A DNA stretch of 64,000 bases from Myxococcota bacterium (GTDB lineage: Bacteria > Myxococcota_A > UBA9160 > UBA6930): assembly GCA_965223705.1 (NCBI GenBank), contig OZ245015.1, positions 2,304,001 through 2,368,000 on the forward strand, read 5' to 3'. The notes under the pieces were generated by a model. That model searched no databases and had not been told where the DNA came from. It worked only from the letters and a program-made list of their open reading frames with translations. Each line of letters starts with the position of its first letter. Positions within the stretch are counted from its first letter, which is position 1. The translations under genes and the position numbers were made by a program. Shown here piece by piece: positions 54,498 through 64,000 of this stretch.

Positions 54498-54965
54498 TCA
54501 GTGTTGGACTTGCCGCCGGAACCGTCCTTCCCGGAACGCGAGCAAGAGCTCCCTCGCTTTGTCGGGATGGTCGTCCATTCGGTTCTTGCGGAATCCCGTT
54601 CGGAGGAAGTCGCTCATGCCTTTCGGCATCTTGCCGCTGAGCCCGACCGGTCGAAAAAAGCCCATCGACCAGTGGTCGAAGCTGCGCCCCTCGACCTTTC
54701 CGCGGAACAGGACCGTCGCGTCGGTGTGGCGGTCGTCGCCTTCGATGTGCTCGTAGAGAGCCTCCACCACGGTCTCGTCACCTTCGAGAGCCTGTAGAAA
54801 CGAGCCCTCGTGATAGAGCAGCATGCCGGTGATCTCCGCCAGCTTGTTCTTCCGCCTCGCTCTGCTGAGGAGCGCCTCGAGCTCCTCGGCGTCGATCGGC
54901 CGCGTCGCTGCGCTCGCATACACCAACTGATGGACGATCTCCGGTGCGTCTTCGTCGGATTCCAT
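54498..54965 (-). CDS. Stand-alone BLUF blue-light photoreceptor
   Basis: LVYAS (Tyr), RKN..ITGMLLY, FLQALEG (Gln), DDRH, RSFDHWSMGF (Trp/Met); ATG 54965 after GGAGG. Confidence 0.92.
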   Translation of the reverse strand: MESDEDAPEIVHQLVYASAATRPIDAEELEALLSRARRKNKLAEITGMLLYHEGSFLQALEGDETVVEALYEHIEGDDRHTDATVLFRGKVEGRSFDHWSMGFFRPVGLSGKMPKGMSDFLRTGFRKNRMDDHPDKARELLLAFREGRFRRQVQH

Positions 54966-55092
54966 GGCACCTCCTTCGGGACGCATCGTCCCTCTCGCGG
55001 CCCCTCTCAATCGGGGAAACTCGGTACCGAGCAATCCGGAACATTCCGTCGATTTCGCCTGGTAGGATGGGTGTAGGAGGCTCCGGGATCTC

Positions 55093-57162
55093 ATGTTCAG
55101 CATCGGCGTCGATGTCGGCGGCACATTTACGGACCTGGTTTGCGCGAACGAGCGTGGGGAAGTGCGTTCCGAAAAACTACTGACGACGCCCGAAGATCAG
55201 GCCGTGGGCGTGCTCCAGGGCATCGAACAACTCGCGCGTTCTTACGGCACCGGTGTCGCGGAGTTTCTGGGCGAGGTCTCCGTCGTCATTCACGGGACGA
55301 CCGTCGCAACGAATACCATGCTCGAATACAAGGGAGCCCGAACCGGGTTGATAACCACCGCGGGCTTCCGAGACACCATCGAGATCAGGAGGAACTACAA
55401 GGAAGCGGCGTTCGATATCCATCTCTCCGCGCCCCACCAGATCGTCCCGCGGCGGCGACGACTCGGCGTGACCGAGCGGATCAACTACGCCGGCGAAATC
55501 GTCAAACCTCTCGACGAGGACGAGGTCCGCACGGCCGCGGCGCGGCTGGCCGCCGATGGCATCGAATCACTTGCCATCTGCTTCCTGTTCTCGTTCTTGA
55601 ACCCGATCCACGAGCAACGCGCACGAGACATCGTGCGCGAGCAGTTACCCGACCTACACATTTCGCTGTCGTCGGAGGTGTTGCCTCAGGTCCGGGAATT
55701 CGAACGGTTGAGCACGACGTTGGTGGACGCCTACGTGACGCCCGGCCTGCGGCGCTACCTGGGGTCGCTGGCGAACCTCCTCGCCGAGCGGGGTTTTGCG
55801 GGCGAGACCTTCATCATGCAGGGCAACGGCGGCGTGGTGGGCATCGAGGAGGCGAGTCGCCGGGGGATTCACGCCCTGTTGTCGGGTCCAGCCAGCGGGG
55901 TCGTGGCCGGCGCACAGCTGGGACACCTGTCCGGGTTTGAGAACGTGATTACCGTCGATATGGGCGGAACGAGCTTTGATGTCTGTCTCGTCCAGGACGG
56001 TCAGCCGAAGACGGGCACCGACCAGTGGATGAGTCGCTATCGGGTCGCTGTTCCGTTCATCGATATCCACACCATCGGCGCGGGCGGTGGGAGTATCGCA
56101 TGGGTCGACGAAGGCGGTGCTTTGCGTGTCGGCCCCGAGAGTGCAGGAGCCCGTCCGGGTCCGGCTTGCTACGGGTTCGGGGGCCGCGAGCCTACGGTCA
56201 CGGACGCCGATCTCGTGCTCGGATACATCGATCCCGGAGGATTCCTCGGCGGCGACATGCGGCTCGATCTCGCCGCGGCGAAAGAAGCGATCGAAAGTCA
56301 TGTCGCAAAGCCCATGGGCATGACCGTCACCGAGGCTGCGGCCGGTGTGTTTCGCATCGTGAACCATGGAATGAGCAACAGTGTCCGGCAAGTGTCGCTG
56401 TCGAAAGGATACGACCCTCGGGACTTTGCGTTGACCGCCTTTGGTGGCGCCGGCGCGATTCACGCGAGTGCCCTGACCGAAGACCTGGGGATCCGGCGCG
56501 TTCTTGTCCCGAAGGGCACCGCTCCGGTGCTTTGCGCGCTGGGGGATCTGCTTTCGGACCTGCGCGTGAGCCGCGTCCGAAGCTTCTACGGGCGGAGCGG
56601 CGACCTGCGAGCCGAGGCTCTCGCCGCGCTGTGTGAGGAGATGCGCGGTGAAGCCGGGGAGGAGCTCGCCAATCAGGAAGCGGATCTTGAGACAACCCTG
56701 GCCCGTTTCAGTCTGGAGATGCGCTATCTCGGTCAAACGCACGAAGTGACAGTGCCGCTTTCGGGTCACGGGGCCGTCTCGGAAAGCGAGCTCACAGCCA
56801 CCTTCGACCGTTTCCACGAACTGCACGAGCAGCTCTACACCTTCAAGAAGCCAGGCGACGAAATCGAGGTGCTGAGTGTCCAGCTCGACTTGATCGGTGT
56901 GAGGCACAAGCCGTCGCTCCCTTCCTCTGCACTCGGTGACGAGGATCCCGCCGCGGCCCTGCGGACCCATCGTCCTGTCTACTCGTTCCAGAAAAAGGAC
57001 TATGTCAGCACGCCCATCTACGACGGAGACAGGTTGCAGGCCGGCCACAGGGTCGACGGGCCGGCGGTGATCGAAGAAGCGCGGACGTCGATCGTCCTGT
57101 TCCCGGAGCAGTCGGTCAGGCTCGATGCCTACTTGACCTACGTGATCGAGACGGGCCGATGA
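55093..57162 (+). CDS. Hydantoinase A/5-oxoprolinase ATP-binding subunit
   Basis: GVDVGGTFTD, HGTTVATN, EFER, LSGPASG, DMGGTSFDV, GAGGGSI, SAGARPGPACYG, FGGAG. Confidence 0.93.
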   Translation: MFSIGVDVGGTFTDLVCANERGEVRSEKLLTTPEDQAVGVLQGIEQLARSYGTGVAEFLGEVSVVIHGTTVATNTMLEYKGARTGLITTAGFRDTIEIRRNYKEAAFDIHLSAPHQIVPRRRRLGVTERINYAGEIVKPLDEDEVRTAAARLAADGIESLAICFLFSFLNPIHEQRARDIVREQLPDLHISLSSEVLPQVREFERLSTTLVDAYVTPGLRRYLGSLANLLAERGFAGETFIMQGNGGVVGIEEASRRGIHALLSGPASGVVAGAQLGHLSGFENVITVDMGGTSFDVCLVQDGQPKTGTDQWMSRYRVAVPFIDIHTIGAGGGSIAWVDEGGALRVGPESAGARPGPACYGFGGREPTVTDADLVLGYIDPGGFLGGDMRLDLAAAKEAIESHVAKPMGMTVTEAAAGVFRIVNHGMSNSVRQVSLSKGYDPRDFALTAFGGAGAIHASALTEDLGIRRVLVPKGTAPVLCALGDLLSDLRVSRVRSFYGRSGDLRAEALAALCEEMRGEAGEELANQEADLETTLARFSLEMRYLGQTHEVTVPLSGHGAVSESELTATFDRFHELHEQLYTFKKPGDEIEVLSVQLDLIGVRHKPSLPSSALGDEDPAAALRTHRPVYSFQKKDYVSTPIYDGDRLQAGHRVDGPAVIEEARTSIVLFPEQSVRLDAYLTYVIETGR

Positions 57163-58247
57163 ATCCGATGCACGACCTCTTGCGGACCTTGCGAACGCGG
57201 TTTCTCCGCGTATCCGCCGCGTTGCCGTTGATCGATCGTCAACAGATCGCGTTCGCTCTCGCCGATCGCGACGGGCGCGTCGCCGCAGCGGACAATCCTT
57301 TGCGGCTCGCCGCTCTCCAACACACCGGCGACCACATCCGCGCCGCCTTCGACGGAGAGCTCGACGGCGACGATGTGGTGATGACCAACGATCCCTTTTC
57401 CGGCGGCACGCGAATTCAGGACGTGACTCTTCTTCGTCCGCTGGAGCGCGCCGGTCAGCGGATCGGCTACGTCTTGGCGACTACGCCCCTACCCGATCTC
57501 GGCGGCATGGCGCTCGGCGGAACCTACCCGTACGCGTTGGAGATCTGGGCCGAGGGTGTGCGCGTCACCCCGGTCCGCCTGTTTCGAAAAGGCGCCCTTC
57601 AGAACGATGCCCTCACGATGCTGACCCTCAATAGCCGGCTGGCGAAAATGGTCGAGCTCGATGTCCTGGCCCTCGCCGAAAGCCTCGATGAAGCGGCCGA
57701 TCATGCTCGCTCACACTCGAGCCTCGACGGCGAAACGCTTCCTTCCGCCGTGGACGCAGCTGGCGAGGCGTTTGGCGCGCGTCTCGCCGAACTGCCGGAG
57801 CGGGAGCTGCGCGCGCGTGGCCCGACCATTCATCAGTGTCTCGATCCCGAGCCGCTCTTTGTGGAAGTTGCGGCAAAGGTCCGTGAAGGCCGCATCAAAC
57901 TCGATTTCGCGGGGACCTCACCCGCGAGCCGCGGGTTTGTCAACGCGACGCTATCGGCGACTTGGTGCGGTGTGGCCGCTGCCTTGGCGGGAGTCGTGCC
58001 GCGCGTCCATGCGAACGCGGGGTTGCTCTCCCGCGTCGAGCTCGCGGTTCCCGAGGGCGGGCTGCTCGACGCGAAGCTCCCACGGTCGGTGGGCGGATCG
58101 ATCCACAGCGTGGTCGACGCCGTTGCGCGCGCGGTTAGCGGCGCAATGGCCGCGGGCGGACTCGAAAGTCCCGTCTCGACGACCGCGCGTCCCGAGCGCG
58201 TGTTCCGCACACCTGGTTGTGGCCTGGCCGGCTGCCCGTTTGATTGA
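57159..58247 (+). CDS. Shortened, degenerate hydantoinase B-like subunit
   Basis: NDPFSGGT, DLGG, AEGVR..PV, NSR, DFAGTSP..GFVN; only 362 aa and metal-binding His residues appear replaced. Confidence 0.75.
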   Translation: MNPMHDLLRTLRTRFLRVSAALPLIDRQQIAFALADRDGRVAAADNPLRLAALQHTGDHIRAAFDGELDGDDVVMTNDPFSGGTRIQDVTLLRPLERAGQRIGYVLATTPLPDLGGMALGGTYPYALEIWAEGVRVTPVRLFRKGALQNDALTMLTLNSRLAKMVELDVLALAESLDEAADHARSHSSLDGETLPSAVDAAGEAFGARLAELPERELRARGPTIHQCLDPEPLFVEVAAKVREGRIKLDFAGTSPASRGFVNATLSATWCGVAAALAGVVPRVHANAGLLSRVELAVPEGGLLDAKLPRSVGGSIHSVVDAVARAVSGAMAAGGLESPVSTTARPERVFRTPGCGLAGCPFD

Positions 58248-58258
58248 GGAGAGCCAAC

Positions 58259-59998
58259 ATGATCGATCCCATCACAGCCCTCGTGATCAAGGATTCTCTG
58301 GAGGCCATATCCGAAGAGATGAGCAAGACGGTCGAGCGGACCGCGGTCCATCCTCTGTTCAACGAGGTTCACGACTACTCGACCGGAGTCTTCTTTCACG
58401 ATGGAGAAGATGTCCGCCTTGTCGCGCGCGCCACGGCGATCCCGGTCCACATCTTCGCCTCGATCTTGTCCGTCGAGGCGCTGATGGAAGCGTTCGAAGG
58501 GGATATCCACGAAGGCGACATCGTGATGCTGAACGACCCGTACTACGGAGGAACCCATCACGCGGACTGGACGGTGATGAAACCCGTATTCATCAACGGG
58601 AAGCCGGCGCTCTTCCCCTCGGTTCGGGCACATATGGCCGATTTCGGGGGTCCTGTCGCGGGCGGCTACAACCCCGAGGCACGAGACATCTGGCAAGAAG
58701 CCCTGCGGATCCCACCGATCAAGATCTTCGAACGGGGCGAGCCGAGGCAGGACGTGCTCGATTGGATTCTCGCGAACACCCGCATTCCGCACGTACTGAG
58801 GGGCGATCTGGCCGCGATGTTCGGCGCCTGCAACTTGGCCGAGCAACGCATCGAGGTCCTCTTTGAAAAGTACGGAGCGGCTACGGTCTACGACAGCATC
58901 GAGTACACGCTCGACTACGCCGAGAAGCGCTTTCGCGCTGAAGTTGCGAGGTGGCCGGACGGCGATTACAGCGCGACGGCGATCCTCGATCACGACAGCC
59001 AGGGCAACTACGACCTCGAGGTGCGCGCGAACGTGACGATCGCGGGCGATGATCTCCGCATCGATTTCACGGGCAGCAGCCCTGAAACGCCGGGGTTCGT
59101 GAATAGCCCGTTTGGAAATACCGCGTCTTGGGCATACACGGCACTGTGCTCCGTTCTTCCGGACGATATCCCGATCAACTCGGGCGTGTTTCGCGCCGTA
59201 GAGATCACGGCTCCGGAAGGTACGGTCGTGAATCCGTTGCCGCCCGCCCCTTGTATGTTCAGCACGGTCGTCATCGGTGGGGATATCGGTACGGCCACCA
59301 TGCGCGCGCTCGAACAAGCGATCCCCGACGCCGTCGGGACGGTGTCGCTCAACTACTGCCTGTGTACGACGTACGGACACGATTCTCGCTACGACGATAT
59401 GTTCGTCACGATCGAATACGGGAATACGTTGGTCGCCGCGGGAGGAACACGCGGAGAAGATGGTTGGGGCGGTTGGCCGGCTCCGATGTGCGGTCTGATC
59501 TACTCGACGGTGGAGATGAGTGAGATTCAGTTTCCATTCTTCTACCACGAATACGAGTACGTAAAGGACACCGCCGCGCCCGGGCAGTGGCGCGGCGTGC
59601 CCGGTTTCGCCATGAAACGCGAGAGTGTCCGGGACACGTCGATGATCAACGTGGCGCTCACCGGCGTTCGGCACGCCTCTCCGGGTTTTGCCGGGGGCCA
59701 CGACGGAGCGAGCAGCCGCTACGTGTTGAACTGGGGAAGCGAAGACGAGTTCGAAGTCTTGGAGTCCGCCGCGAACACACCGTCGCCGCCGGGGACCGTG
59801 ATTGCGACCTTCAAGGGCGGCGGCGGCGGCTGGGGAGATCCCCTCGCGCGCGATCCCGAACGCGTGCGCGCAGACGTGCTCGACGAGCTCTTGAGTCGAG
59901 AGCGCGCCGAACGCGACTACGGTGTCGTGCTGACCGAGGCGCTCGAGATCGATGGCGCCGCCACCGAAGCCCTCCGCGCGGAGCGCCTAGCCGGATGA
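58259..59998 (+). CDS. Hydantoinase B/oxoprolinase catalytic subunit
   Basis: EEM..ERTA..EVHDYS, PVH, NDPYYGGTHHAD, AHMADFGG, PGQWRG, GGGGGWGDPLARDP. Confidence 0.93.
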   Translation: MIDPITALVIKDSLEAISEEMSKTVERTAVHPLFNEVHDYSTGVFFHDGEDVRLVARATAIPVHIFASILSVEALMEAFEGDIHEGDIVMLNDPYYGGTHHADWTVMKPVFINGKPALFPSVRAHMADFGGPVAGGYNPEARDIWQEALRIPPIKIFERGEPRQDVLDWILANTRIPHVLRGDLAAMFGACNLAEQRIEVLFEKYGAATVYDSIEYTLDYAEKRFRAEVARWPDGDYSATAILDHDSQGNYDLEVRANVTIAGDDLRIDFTGSSPETPGFVNSPFGNTASWAYTALCSVLPDDIPINSGVFRAVEITAPEGTVVNPLPPAPCMFSTVVIGGDIGTATMRALEQAIPDAVGTVSLNYCLCTTYGHDSRYDDMFVTIEYGNTLVAAGGTRGEDGWGGWPAPMCGLIYSTVEMSEIQFPFFYHEYEYVKDTAAPGQWRGVPGFAMKRESVRDTSMINVALTGVRHASPGFAGGHDGASSRYVLNWGSEDEFEVLESAANTPSPPGTVIATFKGGGGGWGDPLARDPERVRADVLDELLSRERAERDYGVVLTEALEIDGAATEALRAERLAG

Positions 59999-60002
59999 AT
60001 GG

Positions 60003-61454
60003 CTAGGCGTCGCGCGCGACGTGAATGCCGGGTTTGCGATCGCGCCAGGGCATGGCTTCTTCGAGCTGCGCGGCCAAGCGGAAGAGCGTCGCCTCGTCGC
60101 CGAATCGACCGACGACCTGGACACCGATCGGCAAGTTGTCTCGGCCCTGATGCAGCGGCAGCGAAATCGCCGGCTGACCGGTGGTGTTGTAGAGCGGAGT
60201 GAACGCCACGTAAGTGAAGACTTGCTGCGTCCATTCCCAAGCGCTCAACCCCGATGCGTTCTGGTCGATCTCTCCAAGTGGTGCCGGGGGACGAGCCATC
60301 GTCGGCGTGACGAGAGCGTCGTAGCCGTCAAAAAAGGCACCGACTTCGCGCGAGACGCGGTTGATCCCTTCGATGGCTCGGGTGAGGTCGCACGCGGAGA
60401 AACGACGGCCCTCCTCGATGCACGCCCATGTCACGGCTTCGACGCTCTCGGGCGACAGCTTCCGGCCGAGCGCCTGGGCGGTCTGATCTGCTGAATAAGC
60501 GGAGAAAGCCGTCCAGAGGATGTGGGTCTCTTCGAGGAAGGGATCCCAATCGAGCGGGGGAGACGCTTCGACTACCTCGTGCCCGAGGGACTCGAGCACC
60601 TGGGTCGTTTTCGCGACGGCCTCGACGCAATCGGGATCGGTGGGTTTCGTGGCGGGCGAGGTCGATGTGAACGCGATGCGGAGACGACGCGGGTCGGCTC
60701 CGACTTCCGATGCGTACGGCCGCTCCGGCGGAGCCAGTAGTCCGGGGGCGCCGCTATCGCTACCCGCGACCGCGTCGAGCATCGTCGCACTATCGCGAAC
60801 CGTGCGGGAGACCACGAACTCCGTAGCGAGGCCGAACAAGAGATCTCCCAGCTCGGGGCCGCTCGGAATCCGGTCCCTCGTGGGCTTGAGTCCGACGAGA
60901 CCGTTGCAGGAAGCGGGGATCCGGATGGAGCCCCCACCGTCGTTGGCATGCGCCACCGGAACGATCCCGGCCGCGACAGCAGCGCCGGAGCCTCCACTCG
61001 AGCCACCGGCGCTGTGGGCGGGGTTCCACGGATTGCGAACCGGTCCGAACCGGACGGTCTCGGTGGTCGGGTTGTAGCCGAACTCCGGCGTCTGGGTCGT
61101 GCCGACCAGAACCAGCCCGGCCCGGCGAAAGCGCGCCATCAGCTCGGTATCGGTCTCGGGGACGTAGCCTTCGGCGAGGTGACTCCCCATCTCGCAGGGA
61201 ACGCCCGCCGCGTGGCAAACGAGCTCCTTGATCACGAACGGAACACCGCGGAATGGACCCCCGGGAAGGCCTTTCGCAACAGCTCCCTGGGCTTCCTCTC
61301 GAAGTACCTGCAGCACGGCGTTGAGCTCGGGGTTGATTCGCTCGATCGCTTGCAGTGCGGTTTCGGCGAGTTCTTCGGGCTTGACGTCGCCTCGGGCAAT
61401 CCATGAGGCGAGTTCTGTCGCGTCTGCACGGGCGTATTCGTCGAGGGAAAGCAT
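60003..61454 (-). CDS. Amidase signature family enzyme
   Basis: GVPFVIKE (Lys), NPWN, GGSSGGS, NDGGGSIRIPASCNGLVGLKP; start re-assigned to ATG 61454. Confidence 0.93.
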   Translation of the reverse strand: MLSLDEYARADATELASWIARGDVKPEELAETALQAIERINPELNAVLQVLREEAQGAVAKGLPGGPFRGVPFVIKELVCHAAGVPCEMGSHLAEGYVPETDTELMARFRRAGLVLVGTTQTPEFGYNPTTETVRFGPVRNPWNPAHSAGGSSGGSGAAVAAGIVPVAHANDGGGSIRIPASCNGLVGLKPTRDRIPSGPELGDLLFGLATEFVVSRTVRDSATMLDAVAGSDSGAPGLLAPPERPYASEVGADPRRLRIAFTSTSPATKPTDPDCVEAVAKTTQVLESLGHEVVEASPPLDWDPFLEETHILWTAFSAYSADQTAQALGRKLSPESVEAVTWACIEEGRRFSACDLTRAIEGINRVSREVGAFFDGYDALVTPTMARPPAPLGEIDQNASGLSAWEWTQQVFTYVAFTPLYNTTGQPAISLPLHQGRDNLPIGVQVVGRFGDEATLFRLAAQLEEAMPWRDRKPGIHVARDA

Positions 61455-61586
61455 GGGGGTCCTCCAGGGTGGTCGCGTACCACGGTAGACCTTCCGGGGG
61501 AGTCCGCGCACCCCGTTTCTCGGGCGCAAGCGCTTTGTCCGAGATCCTGCGATCCTTCGCGTCCGTTGCAACCGAAGGAACGACTA

Positions 61587-63476
61587 ATGCACCCCCTCGA
61601 GCCCTTTCGCGCGGACGAACTCACTGCGGCGGTCGATTTACTGCGGGAGTCGGGACACGTCAGCGATGCCGCCCGCTTTTCCTGTGCCCTTCCGGTCGAA
61701 CCTTCCAAGGAAATGCTGCACTCGTGGCCCGATCGTGCGGGTTGTGAGCGCGAAGTGCGCTTGATCGGCTACGACCGCCAGCGGGGCGGAAGTTTCGAAG
61801 CCCGCGTCTCGCTCACGCAGAAGAAGCTCCTCGAGTTCTCGACGATCGCGGCCGGGCACGCGCCGATTTCGTTGGCCGATGTCGCTCGTGTCATCGGTAT
61901 CACCAAGGCCGATCCGGACTGGCAGGAAGCGATGCGCAAGCGAGGCGTCGCAGACTTCTCCCTCGTTCAGATCGATCCCTGGCCCGGGGGCGGTTTCGTT
62001 CCCGAAGGCGCTCCCGAAGGAGCCCGAGTGATGCGAGCCATTTCGTTCCTGCGCGAAGACGCGTCGGACAACGGCTACGCGCGTCCCGTCGAGGGGCTGA
62101 TTGCCTACGTCGACCTCGAGCGCGAGGAGGTGTTCCGCATCGACGACCACGGCGCGGTCCCGTTCCCGCCGGAGTCCGCGCGCTACGACGCAGCAAGCGT
62201 CGGTCCGCTTCGAGACGACCTCCGGCCGATCGCCATCGAGCAGCCGGAGGGACCGAGTTTCGTCGTCGAAGGTCACGAGATCCGTTGGCAGAAGTGGCGC
62301 TTCCGCATCTCACTGCACCCGACCCACGGGCTTGTGCTGCACGAGCTCGCCTATGAAGACGGGGGTCGCGTCCGGCCGATCCTGCATCGAGCGTCCTTGG
62401 CCGACATGGTTGTCCCGTACGGGGATCCGTCCCCGATGCACCACTGGAAGCACGTGTTCGATGCCAGCGAGGCCTCGATCGGGCATCTCGCGAACTCGCT
62501 CAAGCTCGGTTGCGACTGCAAGGGTCACATCCACTACTTCGACGCGACGCACCTGGGGCCGAAGGGAGAGCCCGTCACCGTAGAAAACGCGATTTGTATG
62601 CACGAAGAAGACTACGGCGTGCTGTGGAAGCACTCCGACTACGAGCGGCAGCAGACGGAGGTCCGGCGGTCGCGTCGACTCGTCGTAAGCGCCATTCACA
62701 CCGTGGGAAACTACGAGTACGGCTTCTTCTGGTACCTCTATCTCGACGGGACCATCCAGATGGAAGTCAAGCTCACGGGCATCGTTGGCATTTCGGCGGT
62801 CGAGCCCGGGGCGGCGACGGACTCTGCGCCGCTCATCGCGCCGCAACTCGCCTCGCCGGTCCACCAACACTTGTTTTGTTTTCGCCTCGATTTCGAGATC
62901 GACGGACCGGAAAACTCCGTCTGGGAAGTCAATGCCGAACCGCTCCCGCCTGGGGCGGAGAACCCGGCTGGGACGGGCTTTGCTTCCCGAGCCCGCCCGC
63001 TCGCACACGAGCAGGAGGCGATGCGCGACGTCGATCCGGGCCGCAGTCGCTATTGGAAGGTCACGAATCCGAACGTGACGAATCGCTTGGGAGTTCCCGT
63101 GGCCTACAAGCTGCTGCCTCAAGGAACGCCGACGATGTTCGCCGACGAGCGATCCGTTTTCGGACGGCGCGCCGGGTTCGCCAAGCACAATCTCTGGGTA
63201 ACCGCCTACGACCCCTCGGAATTGAGCGCCGCTGGTGACTTCACGAATCTCCATCCAGGTGGCGCAGGGCTCCCGGCATACGCTGCGCGGGATCGCCCGC
63301 TCGAAAACACCGATGTCGTGGTCTGGCACACGTTCGGCCTGACCCACACACCGCGCCCCGAGGATTGGCCCGTCATGCCCGTTGAGTACTGTGGCTTCAC
63401 GCTACAGCCCGTGGGTTTCTTCGAACGCAATCCGGCGCTCGACGTCCCGCCGGAGAACTCCGGCTTGCATGGCTGA
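61587..63476 (+). CDS. tynA: Copper/TPQ primary-amine oxidase (TynA/MaoA family)
   Basis: HPLEP, SLKLGCDC, TVGNYEY (TPQ consensus), HQH and THTPRPEDWPVMP Cu ligands; no signal peptide. Confidence 0.9.
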   Translation: MHPLEPFRADELTAAVDLLRESGHVSDAARFSCALPVEPSKEMLHSWPDRAGCEREVRLIGYDRQRGGSFEARVSLTQKKLLEFSTIAAGHAPISLADVARVIGITKADPDWQEAMRKRGVADFSLVQIDPWPGGGFVPEGAPEGARVMRAISFLREDASDNGYARPVEGLIAYVDLEREEVFRIDDHGAVPFPPESARYDAASVGPLRDDLRPIAIEQPEGPSFVVEGHEIRWQKWRFRISLHPTHGLVLHELAYEDGGRVRPILHRASLADMVVPYGDPSPMHHWKHVFDASEASIGHLANSLKLGCDCKGHIHYFDATHLGPKGEPVTVENAICMHEEDYGVLWKHSDYERQQTEVRRSRRLVVSAIHTVGNYEYGFFWYLYLDGTIQMEVKLTGIVGISAVEPGAATDSAPLIAPQLASPVHQHLFCFRLDFEIDGPENSVWEVNAEPLPPGAENPAGTGFASRARPLAHEQEAMRDVDPGRSRYWKVTNPNVTNRLGVPVAYKLLPQGTPTMFADERSVFGRRAGFAKHNLWVTAYDPSELSAAGDFTNLHPGGAGLPAYAARDRPLENTDVVVWHTFGLTHTPRPEDWPVMPVEYCGFTLQPVGFFERNPALDVPPENSGLHG

Positions 63477-64000
63477 TTCGGAGCGCCACGCCGACCGCCC
63501 GCGGCGTGGCATCGCCTATATGCTCGCGAGCGAAGGGACGCTCTCCGTGAGCGATGCGGCCGCGAAGTGGCTCGCGCCGCACTACCCCGCGCTTGAAATC
63601 ATCTGGTTCCGATCGCTGCTCGGTATCCTGCCCGCCGCCGTGATCTGCGCGCGGTCACAGCGAGGCTTTCGGACGAATCGACTCGGGGCGCACGCACTGC
63701 GGGTACTCCTCATGATCGCGGCCTGGGGGCTGTTCATCGATTGCCTGCGGGTTCTGCCGCTGGCCGACGCGTTCGCGATCGCGTTTGCTTCACCCATCGC
63801 GATTACCCTCGCCGGCCGGGTCCTGCTCGGCGAGCGGGTGAGCCGCGAGCGTTGGTTCGCCGTCGGAATCGGCTTTGTGGGCGTGCTCGTCGTGTTTCAA
63901 CCCCAAGCGGTGGGCCTGAGTTGGCCGGCGATCGAAGCGTTGTTGGCGACGATTGCCTGGTCGCTCTCGACCATTGTCTCGCGTCGACTCGCCGCCACGG
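63469..64000 (+). CDS. DMT/EamA-family transporter (partial, runs off the window)
   Basis: Read manually from ATG 63469: MADSERHADRPRRGIAYMLASEGTLSVSDAAAKWL...LPLADAFAIAFASP...LLGERV; no stop before 64000. Confidence 0.85.
   Translation, partial: MADSERHADRPRRGIAYMLASEGTLSVSDAAAKWLAPHYPALEIIWFRSLLGILPAAVICARSQRGFRTNRLGAHALRVLLMIAAWGLFIDCLRVLPLADAFAIAFASPIAITLAGRVLLGERVSRERWFAVGIGFVGVLVVFQPQAVGLSWPAIEALLATIAWSLSTIVSRRLAAT

Noticed and set aside
57833..59701. 622-aa minus-strand ORF, and similarly 55654-57048, 42824-44734, 41084-42436, 21700-22806
   Set aside because: They overlap well-supported genes on the opposite strand or frame and show no recognisable motifs

Overview
GC-rich, densely coding bacterial chromosomal segment with about 62 genes. 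I found no rRNA, tRNA, CRISPR array, integrase or transposase. Most genes are catabolic or N-scavenging enzymes: amidohydrolases, a hydantoinase/oxoprolinase A-B'-B set, amidase, nitrilase, copper amine oxidase, ethanolamine ammonia-lyase eutBC, three luciferase-like oxidoreductases, a BVMO, CoA ligases and a CoA transferase. The window also holds a lanthanide-type PQQ methanol dehydrogenase operon (xoxF-xoxJ-xoxG), a YCF48/RND/DUF1329 operon, a GGDEF-EAL protein and a BLUF photoreceptor. The gene content is reminiscent of Candidatus Binatia or uncultured Myxococcota-like lineages (weak inference). Three features stand out. (1) A self-contained locus at 14.0-16.5 kb: a Tat-like exported mini-collagen with 20 Gly-X-Y triplets, 17 of them with Pro in the animal-type Y position, lies directly upstream of a cytoplasmic 2OG-Fe(II) prolyl-hydroxylase-like enzyme. 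It is bracketed by two paralogous secreted 4-Cys proteins that share a duplicated promoter/operator. This is a candidate bacterial hydroxyproline-collagen system. (2) An AhpD-like gene that the ORF track splits is very probably one selenoprotein (C-F-Y-U, in-frame TGA at 48216 followed by a SECIS-like hairpin). (3) An unexplained 118-nt rod-shaped intergenic structure with a central bubble lies at 10174-10291. All product calls are from motif recognition by eye; no database search was run.
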